A stretch of DNA of 64,000 nt from assembly GCA_964187785.1 (NCBI GenBank), contig OZ076409.1, positions 59,894,001 to 59,958,000 of the forward strand, in the 5' to 3' direction. Each line of letters begins with the position of its first letter. Position 1 is the stretch's first letter. This document shows, piece by piece, positions 13,301 through 26,476 of the stretch. Below the pieces are notes generated by a model. It was not told the origin of the DNA and did not search any database. It was given only the letters and a program-made list of their open reading frames with translations. A program made the position numbers and the translations under genes. This stretch comes from Amphiscolops sp. MND2022. Lineage: Eukaryota.

Positions 13301-15590
13301 ACAACAACATTGATAAAAATCAAAATGCACGCTTCTCCCGAAGTGACGGCAAATTAAGTTATCATTGAGGTGCAGACGACGAGATCGTGGCCATAATAAA
13401 CAGAACAGAGAAATCACAAGACGCATCGAATTGGCAAGACCAGTAGAAATGAGATCGCAACGGAACAGAAATCGGGGCAGAGAGATTTTCACCGGACAAT
13501 ATCGGAAGAAGACGAAAGGTGAGAAATCAAAAGGATTGACCTGAAGCTCAAAAGGAAAGAAGATGAGGCACACATTGGTGGAGGATATTCCAGAAACGTT
13601 GGTGACGAAATACCACCAAGACCCCAAGAGCAGGTCAAAATAACAGAAACAAGACGCCCCGAGACAACGAAACTAACAGGGACGCTGAATACACCGCCTC
13701 AAATAACTCGGAGGAAGCAGTGGCAACCTATGGACCAGGAGCATACTACTCAATACCCGCCTGAGACAATTGGGGCGGCCCTATTGAAGAGATAGCTTTT
13801 CTCTATGTCAGGAGAATCCGCTTAGTTGAAGAGAAAGCAAAAAATAACAAGCAGAAGATAACGTCAGATCAGCCGAATTAGACTTCAAGCTTGACCTGGA
13901 AACACTAATGACAGAACGGCCGCCGACCCGGACCTCTTCGAACTAAACTGCTGCCTCGAAGACAACATTAGACAACATTGTCAGCCAAATCTCGAACGAT
14001 CACAAAACAGCGGCAAAGAAGCTCACTCACCGCTGGAATAATATTATGGCTGATGACCGAATTATAGTGCAGAAACCTCTACGCTATGCAGCACTCAACG
14101 TCCTACATTTCGAACACTCCGGAATAAACAAAATGTGCAGCGAAGCAGCTTTGTTCTGATGGCCAAATACGCGAGAAAAAACGGAGAATAACTTGGAAAC
14201 AAGCTCAGCCTGCCTCTACGCCGGTAAGACTACTGCATCTACGACAAACCGAAAAAAAATTGAGCCGCTGAAAACACTGTGTGAAGAGATCCAACTAGAT
14301 TTTACCGGCAACTTACACAACAACAAACTGACAATAAGCCCGTATATAATAATTGCGTTAGAGAAAAATAGTTGACGACCTGTGGTAAAAATACGCAAAA
14401 ATTCGAACCAGGAAACCGTTAAGACATGCCTTAACGAATACATAAATCTATACGAAGTACCACAACGACTAAAATCGGATAAAAGGAAAGCCTTTATCTC
14501 CGGGGATAATACAGAATTCTGCAGATCACAAAAAATAGACCGCGTATACGGTACTGCAAACCTGCATACCGACACCGGATTGGCCGAACGAACGATCCGA
14601 TCGCTAAAGAACTTAATACTAGCAAACTTAGAAGACGGTAAAATACTCCGCTAGAGCGTAAATACGTCATTCTATGTCCTAAGATTTAAAATACCTCCTG
14701 AAACCACGAAAACTCCGTTCGAATCCCACTTCGGAGGTGAACCCAAAACTAAACTGTCTAACCTAAACAATGCCATTTTAGTGGACCCAAAAACCTCTCC
14801 GTCTACATCACCCGAAAGTTGGCCGCAGAAATAACCTACCATTTGGTCATATCGAAGAAGAAAACGGTCGAAACAAAATTCAGACGAGGGATGACATTTT
14901 CGCAAACCAAAAATTTGACCAGATCGGTAAGTTTCAACAAAATCAGGTACCCTTTCAAACTTTATGAGAAAAACTACAAAAAGGGCTCGCTGGATAGCAA
15001 ATTCAAAAGCAAAATTAAAACTGGTATATCGGGGATTGAACATACCCTAACCACAGATGAAAATAAAATGTTACATAGGAAACTGAAGTCCAATCCGTTT
15101 CCCTTTCAGCAAACAATCGCAGCGTCGACAAAACGGATAAACATCCGCCAGAGAAACACAGACCAACCAACCATACACAAAAACAAGACTGGATTTGATC
15201 AACATTGGTGGAACCCCATGCATCTACAGCAGGAACGAAAACCCAAACTCGAGCGAAGACTGGTTAAAAAGAACGAATCTACCCCGCAACAACAAGGGAC
15301 ATTTTTCATCCCCAAATGAAAACGATTACAAATAGACTGACCTGAACCTGAGTTTCATATCTCACGAAGAGTTTGAGTGCTAACACAAATCCGACGGGAA
15401 GCCGGTGCAAACAAACATAGACGACGAATTACAGCTCCTCCTGAATGAGAACAACCTAATCGAACAAGGTATACATAACGGGAAAAATCGAACACAAAAA
15501 ACTCCGCAGCCGGTCAGAAAATCTAAAAGACTACCTTCCACAAAACAAACAGAAAAACTAGGCGAAGTACCGTATTATACAAACGACAAT
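10400..15590 (+). pseudogene. gag-pol pseudogene of element A
   Basis: Gag knuckle remnant (NCGSGGDQNWTPLHKC...), protease remnant TGSPVTIMP (~11415), RT WLDDII (~12274), RNase H TDACK and ARLTR, integrase TGLAERTIRSLK (~14575). Many stops and frameshifts. Confidence 0.85.
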
Positions 15591-15592
15591 AA

Positions 15593-16663
15593 ACATAGGC
15601 GCGGCGGCATGTCGCGCTTGGGCTCGAGCAGAAACGTTCAATGGTCTGAAGAAGGTGCTACAAAACGAGTATATACCATGAGCCAAAACCTAGTGAACAT
15701 ATCTAGTTTCAGATCAGGTTATTTCGATGAAAGGACTAAAAAGTTGAATGAATTTTTGAAGAAAACTGAAGTACTGTATATTTGGCTGAAACTCGAAAGC
15801 GTCATACATCATGATGGAAACTTGATAGTGCAAAAAGAGCCTACATCTTTGCCTCACTTTGTGAGGAAGAATGATTTGCGTATCTATTTTCAGCCCTGAG
15901 ATAAATCAGCTACAATTTGAAGAAGATCGGAAAAACTACGAAAATTTTTATTAATTGCTCAAAAGAATCCAGTGCGAAAAAACTTTCGACGTCATGTTCA
16001 GCTTGAAACGTAGCCTACATAAACTTCGTAAAATCAACGAAACCATGAACCCCATATTTGCTCTAGGTCATGAGATATAGGTGCTTATGTAAAAATTGAA
16101 CCAAGAATTTTTTTTGAAAAAATCAAGTATTTTTTGCAGAAAAACAGAGGTGTCCTACTGGATGACGAAAACTTTGTTGGTCCGAAAAGTAGCCTACACC
16201 CATGCTGTTTTTCTCGAAAGAGAATTGTTTCTGCATTTTTTATCAGTTTTGACAAGTTTGAGCTACGATTGAGAAAAAGTTTTGACATTTTTTCCATCTT
16301 TTTGGCCAATTTTTGACGTATTTTTTAGGTTGAAATGCAGCTTATGAAACGCTTGTACAATTTACGAAACCATGGACCCTGTTTATAGTCTCAGTTCTGA
16401 GATATGGGGGATCAAAGATGAAAAACACTCAAAAGTCGCTTTTTTTCAAAAATTCTTTTAAAAAACCCGTGAAGCCAATTGTTTTTACATTTTTTTCAAC
16501 AAAAATGAAGCCAAAAGTCCGGGGCAAATTTTAGCGAAAACATGGTGTCCATATCTATTCTGGGTTTTGAGAAATTTGCCTCACAAGTTTGAAAATTTGG
16601 CACGTGTCACGAAATCTGCGAAAAAAAGTCACCATATGGGCATCCGCAAAGCTCGAGCCCCAA
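15593..16663 (-). mobile_element. Non-autonomous Helentron-associated (HINE/DINE-1-like) element nested in element A
   Basis: Subterminal inverted repeats GGGCTCGAGC (15620-15629) and GCTCGAGCCC (16651-16660). A GC-rich stem-loop GCGCGGC-GGCAT-GTCGCGC lies just outside one IR. Inserted in an A-run; the flanks rejoin into retroelement-like sequence. Confidence 0.65.
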
Positions 16664-16827
16664 AAAGAAGCTAACCAATACCAGTACTCTATTACATGAA
16701 AAGACAGCAACAACAACAACGACGGAAGTGAACAGGAAGATTACTGTAAAATACGGCAAGATGACATTGAAATCCGTCTGATACGGTCCTACGAAAAAAA
16801 ATCAACAAACTTCCATCTGACCACTCC

Positions 16828-16838
16828 GGAAGGGGGAA
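16828..16838 (+). promoter_or_regulatory. Polypurine tract of element A
   Basis: GGAAGGGGGAA immediately before the TG of the 3' LTR. Confidence 0.85.
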
Positions 16839-17083
16839 TGTGACATACACAGCTGGTCACCATTACCGTAACCTTCAAGCGTACCGTAGAATACGGACTT
16901 GGACAGACAGACTTGGTTTTGTTTACCAACAGACTCTAAATGCTGTCAATTTATGAATTTATGTTGCTTAGATTTGTGACCGTTAGTATGTTGTTAGATG
17001 ATAAAGTATAGTTGGTTCAGTGAAGATTCAGTTAACTCTCAGATCAAAGATCTGGTTTAACCATAGAGCACCCGAATTCAACA
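16839..17083 (+). repeat. 3' LTR of element A
   Basis: TGTGACA...CAACA termini; homologous to 10110-10344. Confidence 0.9.
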
Positions 17084-17099
17084 CAAGTTACATGCAAAC

Positions 17100-17400
17100 T
17101 ATTCGTCAAATAGTGAAAGTAAATCAACAACGAATGGCTGTACATAAGGTCTGAGAGCAACACTTTTGAAAAGACAGAACTGAGGACCATCGAACTTGAT
17201 CGGATTTACTAGCAAGTTAGTATCGAATACAAAACTCAAGTACGCCCTAACCGGTCTACCACAGCAGAAGTATGGGAACTGAAAAGTTCCAGAGTTTACA
17301 ACCATGGGGACCAGTATGCCTACTGATCTTTTACAAGACAATTTTTGCATGTTTTAAACGCCGAACTCATCAGATGTTTAGATCAAATAGTGACAAATAA
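17100..17400 (+). pseudogene. Gypsy RNase H remnant from a separate, older element
   Basis: Translates as TNGCT*GLRATLL...LIGFTSKLVSNTKLKYA...ELIRCLD, matching the TDA..GLGA.L...IGFASR...RL.RW.D pattern. A homologous piece lies at 10027-10105. Confidence 0.55.
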
Positions 17401-17619
17401 AATCGTTTCGCCTGAAAGACTCAATCAAAACAACAAAATCGCTATTATCCAATGAATACCACAAGAAAAACGCAATGAATTGTATACAGACTTCAAAAGC
17501 GATAATCGAAAATATGGCAGCAAAAACGGGTTCAGAAAGCAAGCCTCACAAACAAACCAAATAAAGCAAATCGAATAAACAAACAATCAATCACAGAGCA
17601 GAAACATGAACGAACCAAA

Positions 17620-19381
17620 GAGCGAGAACAGCAAGTTTACTTGTTGAAGTTCCTTGCTGCCTAAGCGAAACACAGTCAGCTCTCATGTCAATCATTGGCA
17701 CATCATCCACCAAAAAAGAAACGGGACTCCATGCGCATCAAGAGTGGTGCAACAACGCATCGGATGTAGTTTTCTTACATTGTATTCGCTGTCATCCAAA
17801 TTACCTAGGAAAAGTTTGACTTTCAACATTCCAGCTTACGAAAATTGGTCATTTTTCTTCAGGACGAACTAGAAATTGGGAAAATCATCTCAAATTTGAA
17901 AAACAAGAAAAGTCAGGTTAATGATGGTAAAAGTAATAAAATACTCGAATGCTGTTCGTCAATAGTTGAATCATATCTAGCTGTTGCCTTCAACAGAGCA
18001 ATAGAAAGATCCGACTTTCCAAGTTTAGTGGAATTGCAAGTTTAGTACAATTGCAGAAAGTAATCCGCTGTTCAAAAAAAGCGACAAAGCTAAATTGGAA
18101 AACTACCGCACGATTAGTTAAAGAGTTCCACTAGCAATGTTTTTGAGAAACTTCCGTATCAACGAATGAAATTAATTCCTGTGAAAGAAACCAATTGTTA
18201 ACATCTGCATAATTCAGTTTTCGAACAGAAATATTACTTGCTGATGCAAAAACGACAGTCATGAAGAATGAGATTCACAACAATTCTAGGGGACCAGCTT
18301 GTTTTATAGATCTTCAGAAAGCGTTTGATCACTTGATCATGACATCTTACTGACATCTTACTGAAAAAAATGTGTGAATATGGTTTCAGAGGTGAAGAAA
18401 ATAACCTTTTGAGGAGCTATCAAGTGTTCAATATATCAATATATCAGGTGAAACTACAAGCTGTCAAAACAATGAAACTGGCATGCAACAAGGCACAATT
18501 CTAGAGCGATCATTGCTTCAACTTCAGCACTTTCTGCAGACGACACCAGTATTTTGAAAATAAGGCAGAAGAACGATGCGGGGACTCAACAAGATGAAAA
18601 CGAGTTAATCAAATAATACACAGCGGATAAACTCTCTGTCAATCTGGATAAATGTGAAATCTTGCCTTTCGGTTGATTATGTAGTGATCAGGTTGACAAA
18701 TTTCATGGTCTCATCTGTAGAATTAGATATCTTCACGACAAAAATGCCTTTCAATGTACTACAACTATTCTGCAAAACTGTTATCAGTTATGAGTTACTA
18801 ATTTACAGCGAAACTGCTAAAAGCAATTGAGAAAAATAGAAATGGCTAAGCGACGTAACCTTACAGCAGTTTTTATCAAACGAAAGTACGATTCTGTAGT
18901 GAATAGTTTGCAGCAAAATCGAATTCCTTCAGGTTTGAACTCTTTAGTTTAAGCCATCACTGAAATGTTCAATCAGGTTCAAATGAATCCCCAACAATTT
19001 GTTTTGCCCCAACTTGAAACTAAGAAACTACTGTTAATAGGATCATAACCACAACGTTTCAGATGAACTATTCGTTACCACTTGCTAGAGGCCGTACGTT
19101 AGATAAAAGAAAAGGCCTTCAAAATATACTTTGCAAAAGTTACATTTGGATACATCGTTGACAAATATCAACTTTTCATTTCTTTTCTAAGTGACTCCGT
19201 GTTCTATGTTTTGATGTCTCAAAAAAGTGTGCCTTTTACTTGATTCTCCCGGATTAAAGCTCAAAGAGCTACTAAGCTCCTTTCTCTTCCTTATTGGATC
19301 TTTTTATATAAAATGATTCATTTTTTGATATGTTTTGCTTTCAATACCCAATGAAATTAAAATTTCAACTTTCAACTTTCA
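17620..19381 (+). mobile_element. Decayed non-LTR retrotransposon (CR1/L2-like LINE): RT region and 3' end
   Basis: IISNLKNKKS..DG, KVIPLFKK.DK...ENYR, CFIDLQKAFD and SADDTS motifs. The 3' tail has tandem TTTCAAC units. 5' edge approximate. Confidence 0.85.
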
Positions 19382-19399
19382 GTCGCTTACTACAGGGAT

Positions 19400-20560
19400 C
19401 TTCACCGAAGTGTCTGCAGCAAACCTATCATTATAGGAAATTGAACTTACTAAAGTGGCATCTTTCCAAAAAGCTGAAATGAAAGGGTAATAATGGGAAG
19501 ATACTCAAAAACTACAAACGAGACTTTATATTTTATCCAACGACGGAGAGAAGCGAAGGCAAAATAACAATTTGTACCGATGGAGAAATATGAGGACAGG
19601 GTGTGTTTCTGAGGCGAAGATATGAAATTTCCATCGAAACTGAGTTTAGAAACTCGCAGTTGGACACTGTAAAAGTGTATATACGAACTCATAAATATGT
19701 CAACTCTTGTGCACAATTTCTAGATGTCAAAAGAATTCAACCGGTCGAAAAAAAATTTCTGCTAGGAAACATCAATGGTTTTGAAGACTCAAACTGAGTA
19801 AGAAGACTTGAAACACTTGTCACTTCAGATACACGTCAACGTAATTCAAGAGTCTTGAACAGTGAGCAGTCAACGTGAACATACTTCAACCCACTCAATA
19901 CTGCAAGACTACGAGTAACAATTCAATTACTTTCAGACTATGATTTCGTCATGGAATTGACTAAAATATTACACGATGAAGACCAAAATGGCCATGTAAT
20001 TGTAGAAACTAAACTCCAGAAAGTTTACATGGACCATGGTGGTCGCAACTCAAGAGGTCTGCACTTCGAGCAAACTTTGGGCTCATTCAAAAGTTTCTCA
20101 ATGGGGGAACTGTGAATCGAGACGTTTATGATACCATCAGGCAGACACTACGTCAGAATCTCAGAAACATTTGCGTTGCAAAATCAATCCTGGAAAAACA
20201 GATCATCTACCGACTTTATCAATGCTTGAGTGATATAGATAAAACTATGACAGAGAACGTCTAAGAGAAACAGAACACAAGCAATATCAAAACCGATTGA
20301 GAACAGTGGAAATGTACTTCTAACTTGACGCAGATGGGAGACCTAAACATGTCACGCAGTGGGACTTTCAAGTAAGACACAATGTCTTAATCGGTGACTG
20401 TAAATCGGAAAAGACTCAAAAAACAAAAGAGGTTATTGAGGAATTGCGGTACCTTCTCTGGGAAGGCCTACATTGTAGTTGTAGTGGACAACTTGCGAAA
20501 GTTTCAAACTTTTAGGTGCTATCGGAAAGTATTGCCAGTGAATTAGATATATTATAACCA
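19400..20560 (+). pseudogene. Possible AP-endonuclease-region remnant of a second LINE (duplicated at ~23230-24400)
   Basis: FLLGNIN (GDFN-like), ..RVT....DY and YMDH motifs in APE order; very degraded. Confidence 0.35.
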
Positions 20561-21736
20561 ATACTTCTTCATAATATCGAGAGAACAAGCAGCAGGCTCG
20601 GAAGTAAGACATGTTCAGGACCCGATTTTTTAACTAACTGAAAATTTCAGCACTATTTTGAAATTAACAGCGACATAAGGGTCCCTTTGAATTTTTTGTT
20701 ACACTGCAAGATATTTTGCTCTGATAACGTTTTTGCTCCTCTTCTGAATAATTCGTTTTGTGAGAACCATGATGATATTCAGCGCATCGGGAAGAAAGTA
20801 TGTCAGTTTTCCAACACTTTTTTGGGAAGGCTAGCTCACTAGCCATTAAAACGGTCACTGTGAGTACGGCTTCAGTTGGCGTTATGAACATTATAGTAGT
20901 TAATGAACTCTTTAAAGTAAATAATAGCCTGTGTTTCCTGCCAAATGATTCATGAATTGGTCAAATTATGGTCATTAGGACACTCTTCGAAAAAGGATTC
21001 CTTCCTTTATTCGCGTTGGCATTTCATACAAAAGCTTCCAGAAAAATTGGCACTATCAAAATGGAACAGGAATTAGACAAATGGCCTTTTTATCTGATTG
21101 AAGTGAAAAAAGTAAAAAAAAACTTGAAAGGAACGGAAAAGCTTTCTCACTTCCCGTCTTCGCGTCTTCATTTAATTTCCTTTACTGAGGATAAGAAATT
21201 AGTAGTTTGAATAATTGAAATCTTTATTGATTTTGAGGTCTTTGCTTTCGCGAAAAGTTCATTTCGAACGAATTCGATTCTAGTTCATCAATTTACAATC
21301 CACAGTACAGGTTAGACAAAATGAGGTTAGATAAAACTGAGCCCGTTTTGATTGAAAAAACAGCTCTAAAAGTTTGAATTGTAATTTAATTGGCATTTCA
21401 TTAGAAGCTCACACGTAGCATTGTACACATGCATTTTCAGTAGCTTTCAACTCTACTTTTTAGGGTTTAGAACAAATGACTTTTTCCCTTTAACCTCATC
21501 AGTTTTAAACCTAATATTTGAAATAAATTTTATTGAAGATGTTCTATGATAATTTTTGTTATTTCTAGAAAAAAAAACATTTCATTTTAACTAGATGACG
21601 TTCACAGAAGTTCATACAACTAGATACCAATTCAATTTTAGTTTTCAAAATCTCCACAAAGTACAATAAATAGTTTAATAATTATGATAGTTCTGAAATT
21701 TTGTAGTTATCAAAATGTTGAATTGGACCATGTTTC

Positions 21737-22085
21737 TCATTTTCCCGACGCAATCCAACCCCCCCAATCAAATCCCCGCAGGCACACCTTCCTTGTAAAT
21801 TCCCTACCGATACAAAAGTCACTTGCATTTTAGAAAAAAAAATTGCACACGAATGAAAGGATTTAACAAGCTGTATAGATAATCATTTTAGTATTTGTAA
21901 CCAAATCAATTGATATGGTTACAAATACTAAAATGATTATCTATAAGGCTGATTAAATCCTTTCATTCGTGTGCAAATATTTTTTTCTAAAATGCAAGTG
22001 ACTTTCGTATCAGGAGGGAAATTACAAGGAAGGTGTGCCTACGGGGATTTGATTGGGGGGGGGTTGGATTGCGTCGGGAAAATGA
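21737..22085. repeat. Near-perfect ~350-bp palindrome without a loop
   Basis: Centre ATCAA|TTGAT at 21909/21910. Arms TCATTTTCCCGACGCAATCC... and ...GGATTGCGTCGGGAAAATGA are reverse complements with a few mismatches. Confidence 0.92.
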
Positions 22086-22088
22086 AGG

Positions 22089-23214
22089 CATGAAGAATGA
22101 GATTGACAACAATTCTAGGGGACCAGCTTGTTTTATAGATCTTCAGAAAGCGTTTGATACACTTGATCATGACATCTTACTGACATCTTACTGAAAAAAA
22201 AGTGTGAATATGGTTTCAGAGGTGAAGAAAATAACCTTTTGAGGAGCTATCAAGTGTTCAATATATCAATATATCAGGTGAAACTACAAGCTGTCAAAAC
22301 AATGAAACTGGCGTACAACAAGGCACAATTCTAGAGCGATCATTGCTTCAACTTCAGCACTTTCTGCAGACGACACCAGTATTTTGAAAATAAGGCAGAA
22401 GAACGATGCGGGGACTAAACAAGATGAAAACGAGTTAATCAAATAATACACAGCGGATAAACTCTCTGTCAATCTGGATAAATGTGAAATCTTGCCTTTC
22501 GGTTGATTATGTAGTGATCAGGTTGACAAATTTCATGGTCTCATCTGTAGAATTAGATATCTTCACGACAAAAATGCCTTTCAATGTACTACAACTAATC
22601 TGCAAAACTGTTATCAGTTATGATTTACTAATTTACAGCGAAACTGCTAAAAGCAATTGAGAAAAAATAGAAATGGCTAAGCGACGTAACCTTACAGCAG
22701 TTTTTATCAAACGAAAGTACGATTCTGTAGTGAATAGTTTGCAGCAAAATCGAATTCCTTCAGTTTTGATCTCTATTTAGTTTAAGCCATCACTGAAATG
22801 TTCAAACAGTTCCAAATGAAACCCCAACAATTTTTTTACTCCCAACTTGAACCTATGAAACTACTGTTAATAGGATCATAACCACAACGTTTCAGATGAA
22901 CTATTCGTTACCACTTGCTAGAGGCCGTACGTTAGATAAAAGAAAAGGCCTTCAAAATATACTTTGCAAAAGTTACATTTGGATACATCGTTGACAAATA
23001 TCAACTTTTCATTTCTTTTCTAAGTGACTCCGTGTTCTATGTTTTGATGTCTCAAAAAAGTGTGCCTTTTACTTGATTCTCCCGGATTAAAGCTCAAAGA
23101 GCTACTAAGCTCCTTTCTCTTCCTTATTGGATCTTTTTATATAAAATGATTCATTTTTTGATATGTTTTGCTTTCAATACCCAATGAAATTAAAATTTCA
23201 ACTTTCAACTTTCA
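22089..23214 (+). mobile_element. Duplicated 3' part of the LINE remnant
   Basis: Copy of 18260-19381, including CFIDLQKAFDT and the TTTCAAC tail. Confidence 0.85.
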
Positions 23215-26200
23215 GTCGCTTACTACAGGGATCTTCACCGAAGTGTCTGCAGCAAACCTATCATTATAGGAAATTGAACTTACTAAAGTGGCATCTTTCC
23301 AAAAAGCTGAAATGAAAGGGTAATAATGGGAAGATACTCAAAAACTACAAACGAGACTTTATATTTTATCCAACGACGGAGAGAAGCGAAGGCAAAATAA
23401 CAATTTGTACCGATGGAGAAATATGAGGACAGGGTGTGTTTCTGAGGCGAAGATATGAAATTTCCATCGAAACTGAGTTTAGAAACTCGCAGTTGGACAC
23501 TGTAAAACTGTATATACGAACTCATAAATATGTCAACTCTTGTGCACAATTTCTAGAGGTCAAAAAAATTCAACCGGTCGAAAAATATTTTCGGCTAGGA
23601 AACATCAATGGTTTTGAAGACTCAAACTGAGTAAGAACACTTGAAACACTTGTCACTTCAGATACACGTCAACGTAATCCAAGAGTCTTGAACAGTGAGC
23701 AGTCAACGTGAACATACTTAAACGCACTCAATACTGCAAGACTACGAGTAACAATTCGATTACTTTCAGACTATGATTTCGTCATGGAATTCACTAAAAT
23801 ATTACACGATGAAGACCAAAATGGCCATGTAATTGTAGAAACTAAACTCCAGAAAGTTTACATGGACCATCGTGGTCGCAACTCAAGAGGTCTGCACTTC
23901 GACCAAACTTTGGGCTCATTCAAAAATTTATTAATGGGGGAAACTGTGAATCGAGACGTTTATGATACCATCAGGCAGAAACTTCGTCAGAAACATTTGC
24001 GTTGCAAAATCAATCCTGGAAAAACAGATCATCTGCCGACTTTATCAATGCTTGAGTGATATAGATAAAACTATGATAGAGAACGTCTAAGAGAAACAGA
24101 ACACAAGCAATATCAAAACCGATTGAGAACAGTGGAAATGTACTTCTAACTTGACGCAGATGGGAGACCTAAACATGTCACGCAGTGGGAATTTCAAGTA
24201 AGACACAATGCCTTAATCGGTGACTGTAATTCGGAAAAGACTCAAAAAACAAAAGAGGTCATTGAGGAATTGCGGTACCTTCTCTGGGAAGGCCTACATT
24301 GTAGTTGTAGCGGACAACTTGCGAAAGTTTCAAACTTTTAGGTACTATCGGAAAGTGTTGCCAGTGAATTAGATATATTATAACCAATACTTCTTCATAA
24401 TATCGAGAGAACAAGCAGCAGGCTCGGAAGTAATACATGTTCAGGACCCGATTTTTTAACTAACTGAAAATTTTAGCACAATTTTGAAATTAACAGCGAC
24501 ATAAGGGTCCCTTTGAATTTTTTGTTACACTGCAAGATAATTTGCTCTGATAACGTTTTTGCTCCTCTTATGAATAATTCGTTTTGTGAGAACCACGATG
24601 ATATTCAGCGCATCGGAAGCAAAAAATGTCAGTTTTCCAAAACTTTTTAGGAAGGCTAGCTCACTAGCCATTAAAACGGTCACTGTGAGTACGGCTTCAG
24701 TTGGCGTTAGGAACATTATAGTAGTTAATGAACTCTTTAAAGAAAATAATAGCCTGTGTTTCCTGCCAAATGATTCATGAATTGGTCAAATTATGGTCAT
24801 TAGGACAATCTTCGAAAAAGCATTCCTTCCTTTATTCGCGTTGGCATTTCATACAAAAGCTTTCAAAAAAATTGGCACTATCAAAATGGAACAGGAATTA
24901 GACAAATGGCCTTTTTTATCTGATTGAAGTGAAAAATGTAAAAAAAACTTGAAAGGAACGGAAAAGCTTTCTCACTTCCCGTCTTCACGTCTTCATTTAA
25001 TTTCCTTTACTGAGGATAAGAAATTAGTAGTTTGAATAATTGAAATCTTCATTGATTTTGAGGTCTTTGCTTTCGCGAAAAGTTCATTTCGAACGAATTC
25101 GATTCTAGTTCATCAATTTACAATCCACATTACAGGTTAGACAAAATGAGGTTAGAGAAAACTGAGCCCGTTTTGATTGAAAAAACAGCTCTAAAAGTTT
25201 GAATTGTAATTCAATTGGCATTTCATTAGAAGCTCACACGTAGCATTGTACACATGCATTTTCAGTAGCTTTCAACTCTACTTTTTAGGGGTTAGAACAA
25301 ATGACTTTTTCCCTTTAACCTCATCAGTTTTAAACCTAATTTTTGAATTGAATTTTATTGAAGATATTCTATGATAATTATTGTTATTTCTACAAAAAAA
25401 AACATTTCATTTTATCTAGATGACGTTCACAGAAGTTCATACAACTAGATACCAATTCAATTTTAGTTTTCAAAATCTCCACAAAGTATAATAAATAGTT
25501 TAATAAGTATGATAGTTTTGAAATTTTGTAGTTATCAAATTGTTGAATTGGACCATGTTTCTCATTTTCCCGACGCAATCCAAACCCCCCCCCCCCCAAT
25601 CAAATCCCCGCAGACACACCTTCCTTGTAAATTCCCTCCCGATACGAAAGTCACTTGCATTTTAGAAAAAAATATTTGCACACGAATGAAAGGATTTGAT
25701 ATGGTTACAAATACTAAGATGATTATTTATACAGCTGATTTCACACGTCAAGCAAAGATACACCTCGAGTTTAAAAAAAACTTTTCAAAATCAAAAATAG
25801 CAATATTTCACATCTGGATTAAGTTAAAAGCGTCTATAAATACCATTGTTTTAACGCAAAATTTTCTCGGCTAAACCCAATTGACACGTTTGAACTGGCA
25901 GTCAATGTGGAAGAAAGGATTATGTCGACCTCAATTATTTTATTGAAGCAAAGTTTCAGCCCAAATGATGTATAAACAATGGTATTTGTACTTTTTTCCT
26001 TATTCCTATGTCCCAACCCACAAAGGCTTGGGAGAAAGAAATTCATGGTCCGTTGAATTTTCTATATCTTGCGTAAAATTCTATTTTTGGACCGTTGGAG
26101 TAACTATATGCATTTTAATTTATCCTGATAATGATTCAATGTTGGCATATCAAGCTTTGAGGTGTTTCCGTTTACGGCGTAGACGGAAGTCACAAATCTG

Positions 26201-26476
26201 TTTTTATTCCTTGTAGCGAAAGATCTAGAAAGATTCATTTCCTTTCATAGGTTCATAAGTGTAATTTGTTTGATGGATCGACAATGAGTTTTCGATTTTA
26301 AAGACTTTGCGACTACAGTGATCTTTCAAACTCATTAAGCAAAAATATAGCATTTGCTAATTCCAGTGCATGTTTTCATTTCGAAAATTTGAGTGTGTTG
26401 TCTTTATTGTGAATACGACGGAAACTCCCGAAAATCTTACATATTTTATTATCTCGAAAATTCAACGAAGTATTAT

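Larger units (their letters stand above)
10110..17083 (+). mobile_element. Old Ty3/Gypsy (Mag-like) LTR retrotransposon, full-length but decayed (element A)
   Basis: Paired diverged LTRs, a PBS and a PPT. Gag, protease, RT, RNase H and integrase remnants in Gypsy order. No TSD recognisable. Confidence 0.9.
18260..25740. repeat. Tandem segmental duplication, period ~3.83 kb (18260-~21864 vs 22089-~25740)
   Basis: CATGAAGAATGAGATT starts both copies. Paired ORFs 19450/23283 and 19603/23436 are offset by 3833. Scattered substitutions and small indels. Confidence 0.95.

Noticed and set aside
15405..15899. 164-aa ORF as a gene
   Set aside because: Chimeric read-through from the retroelement tail into the nested element.
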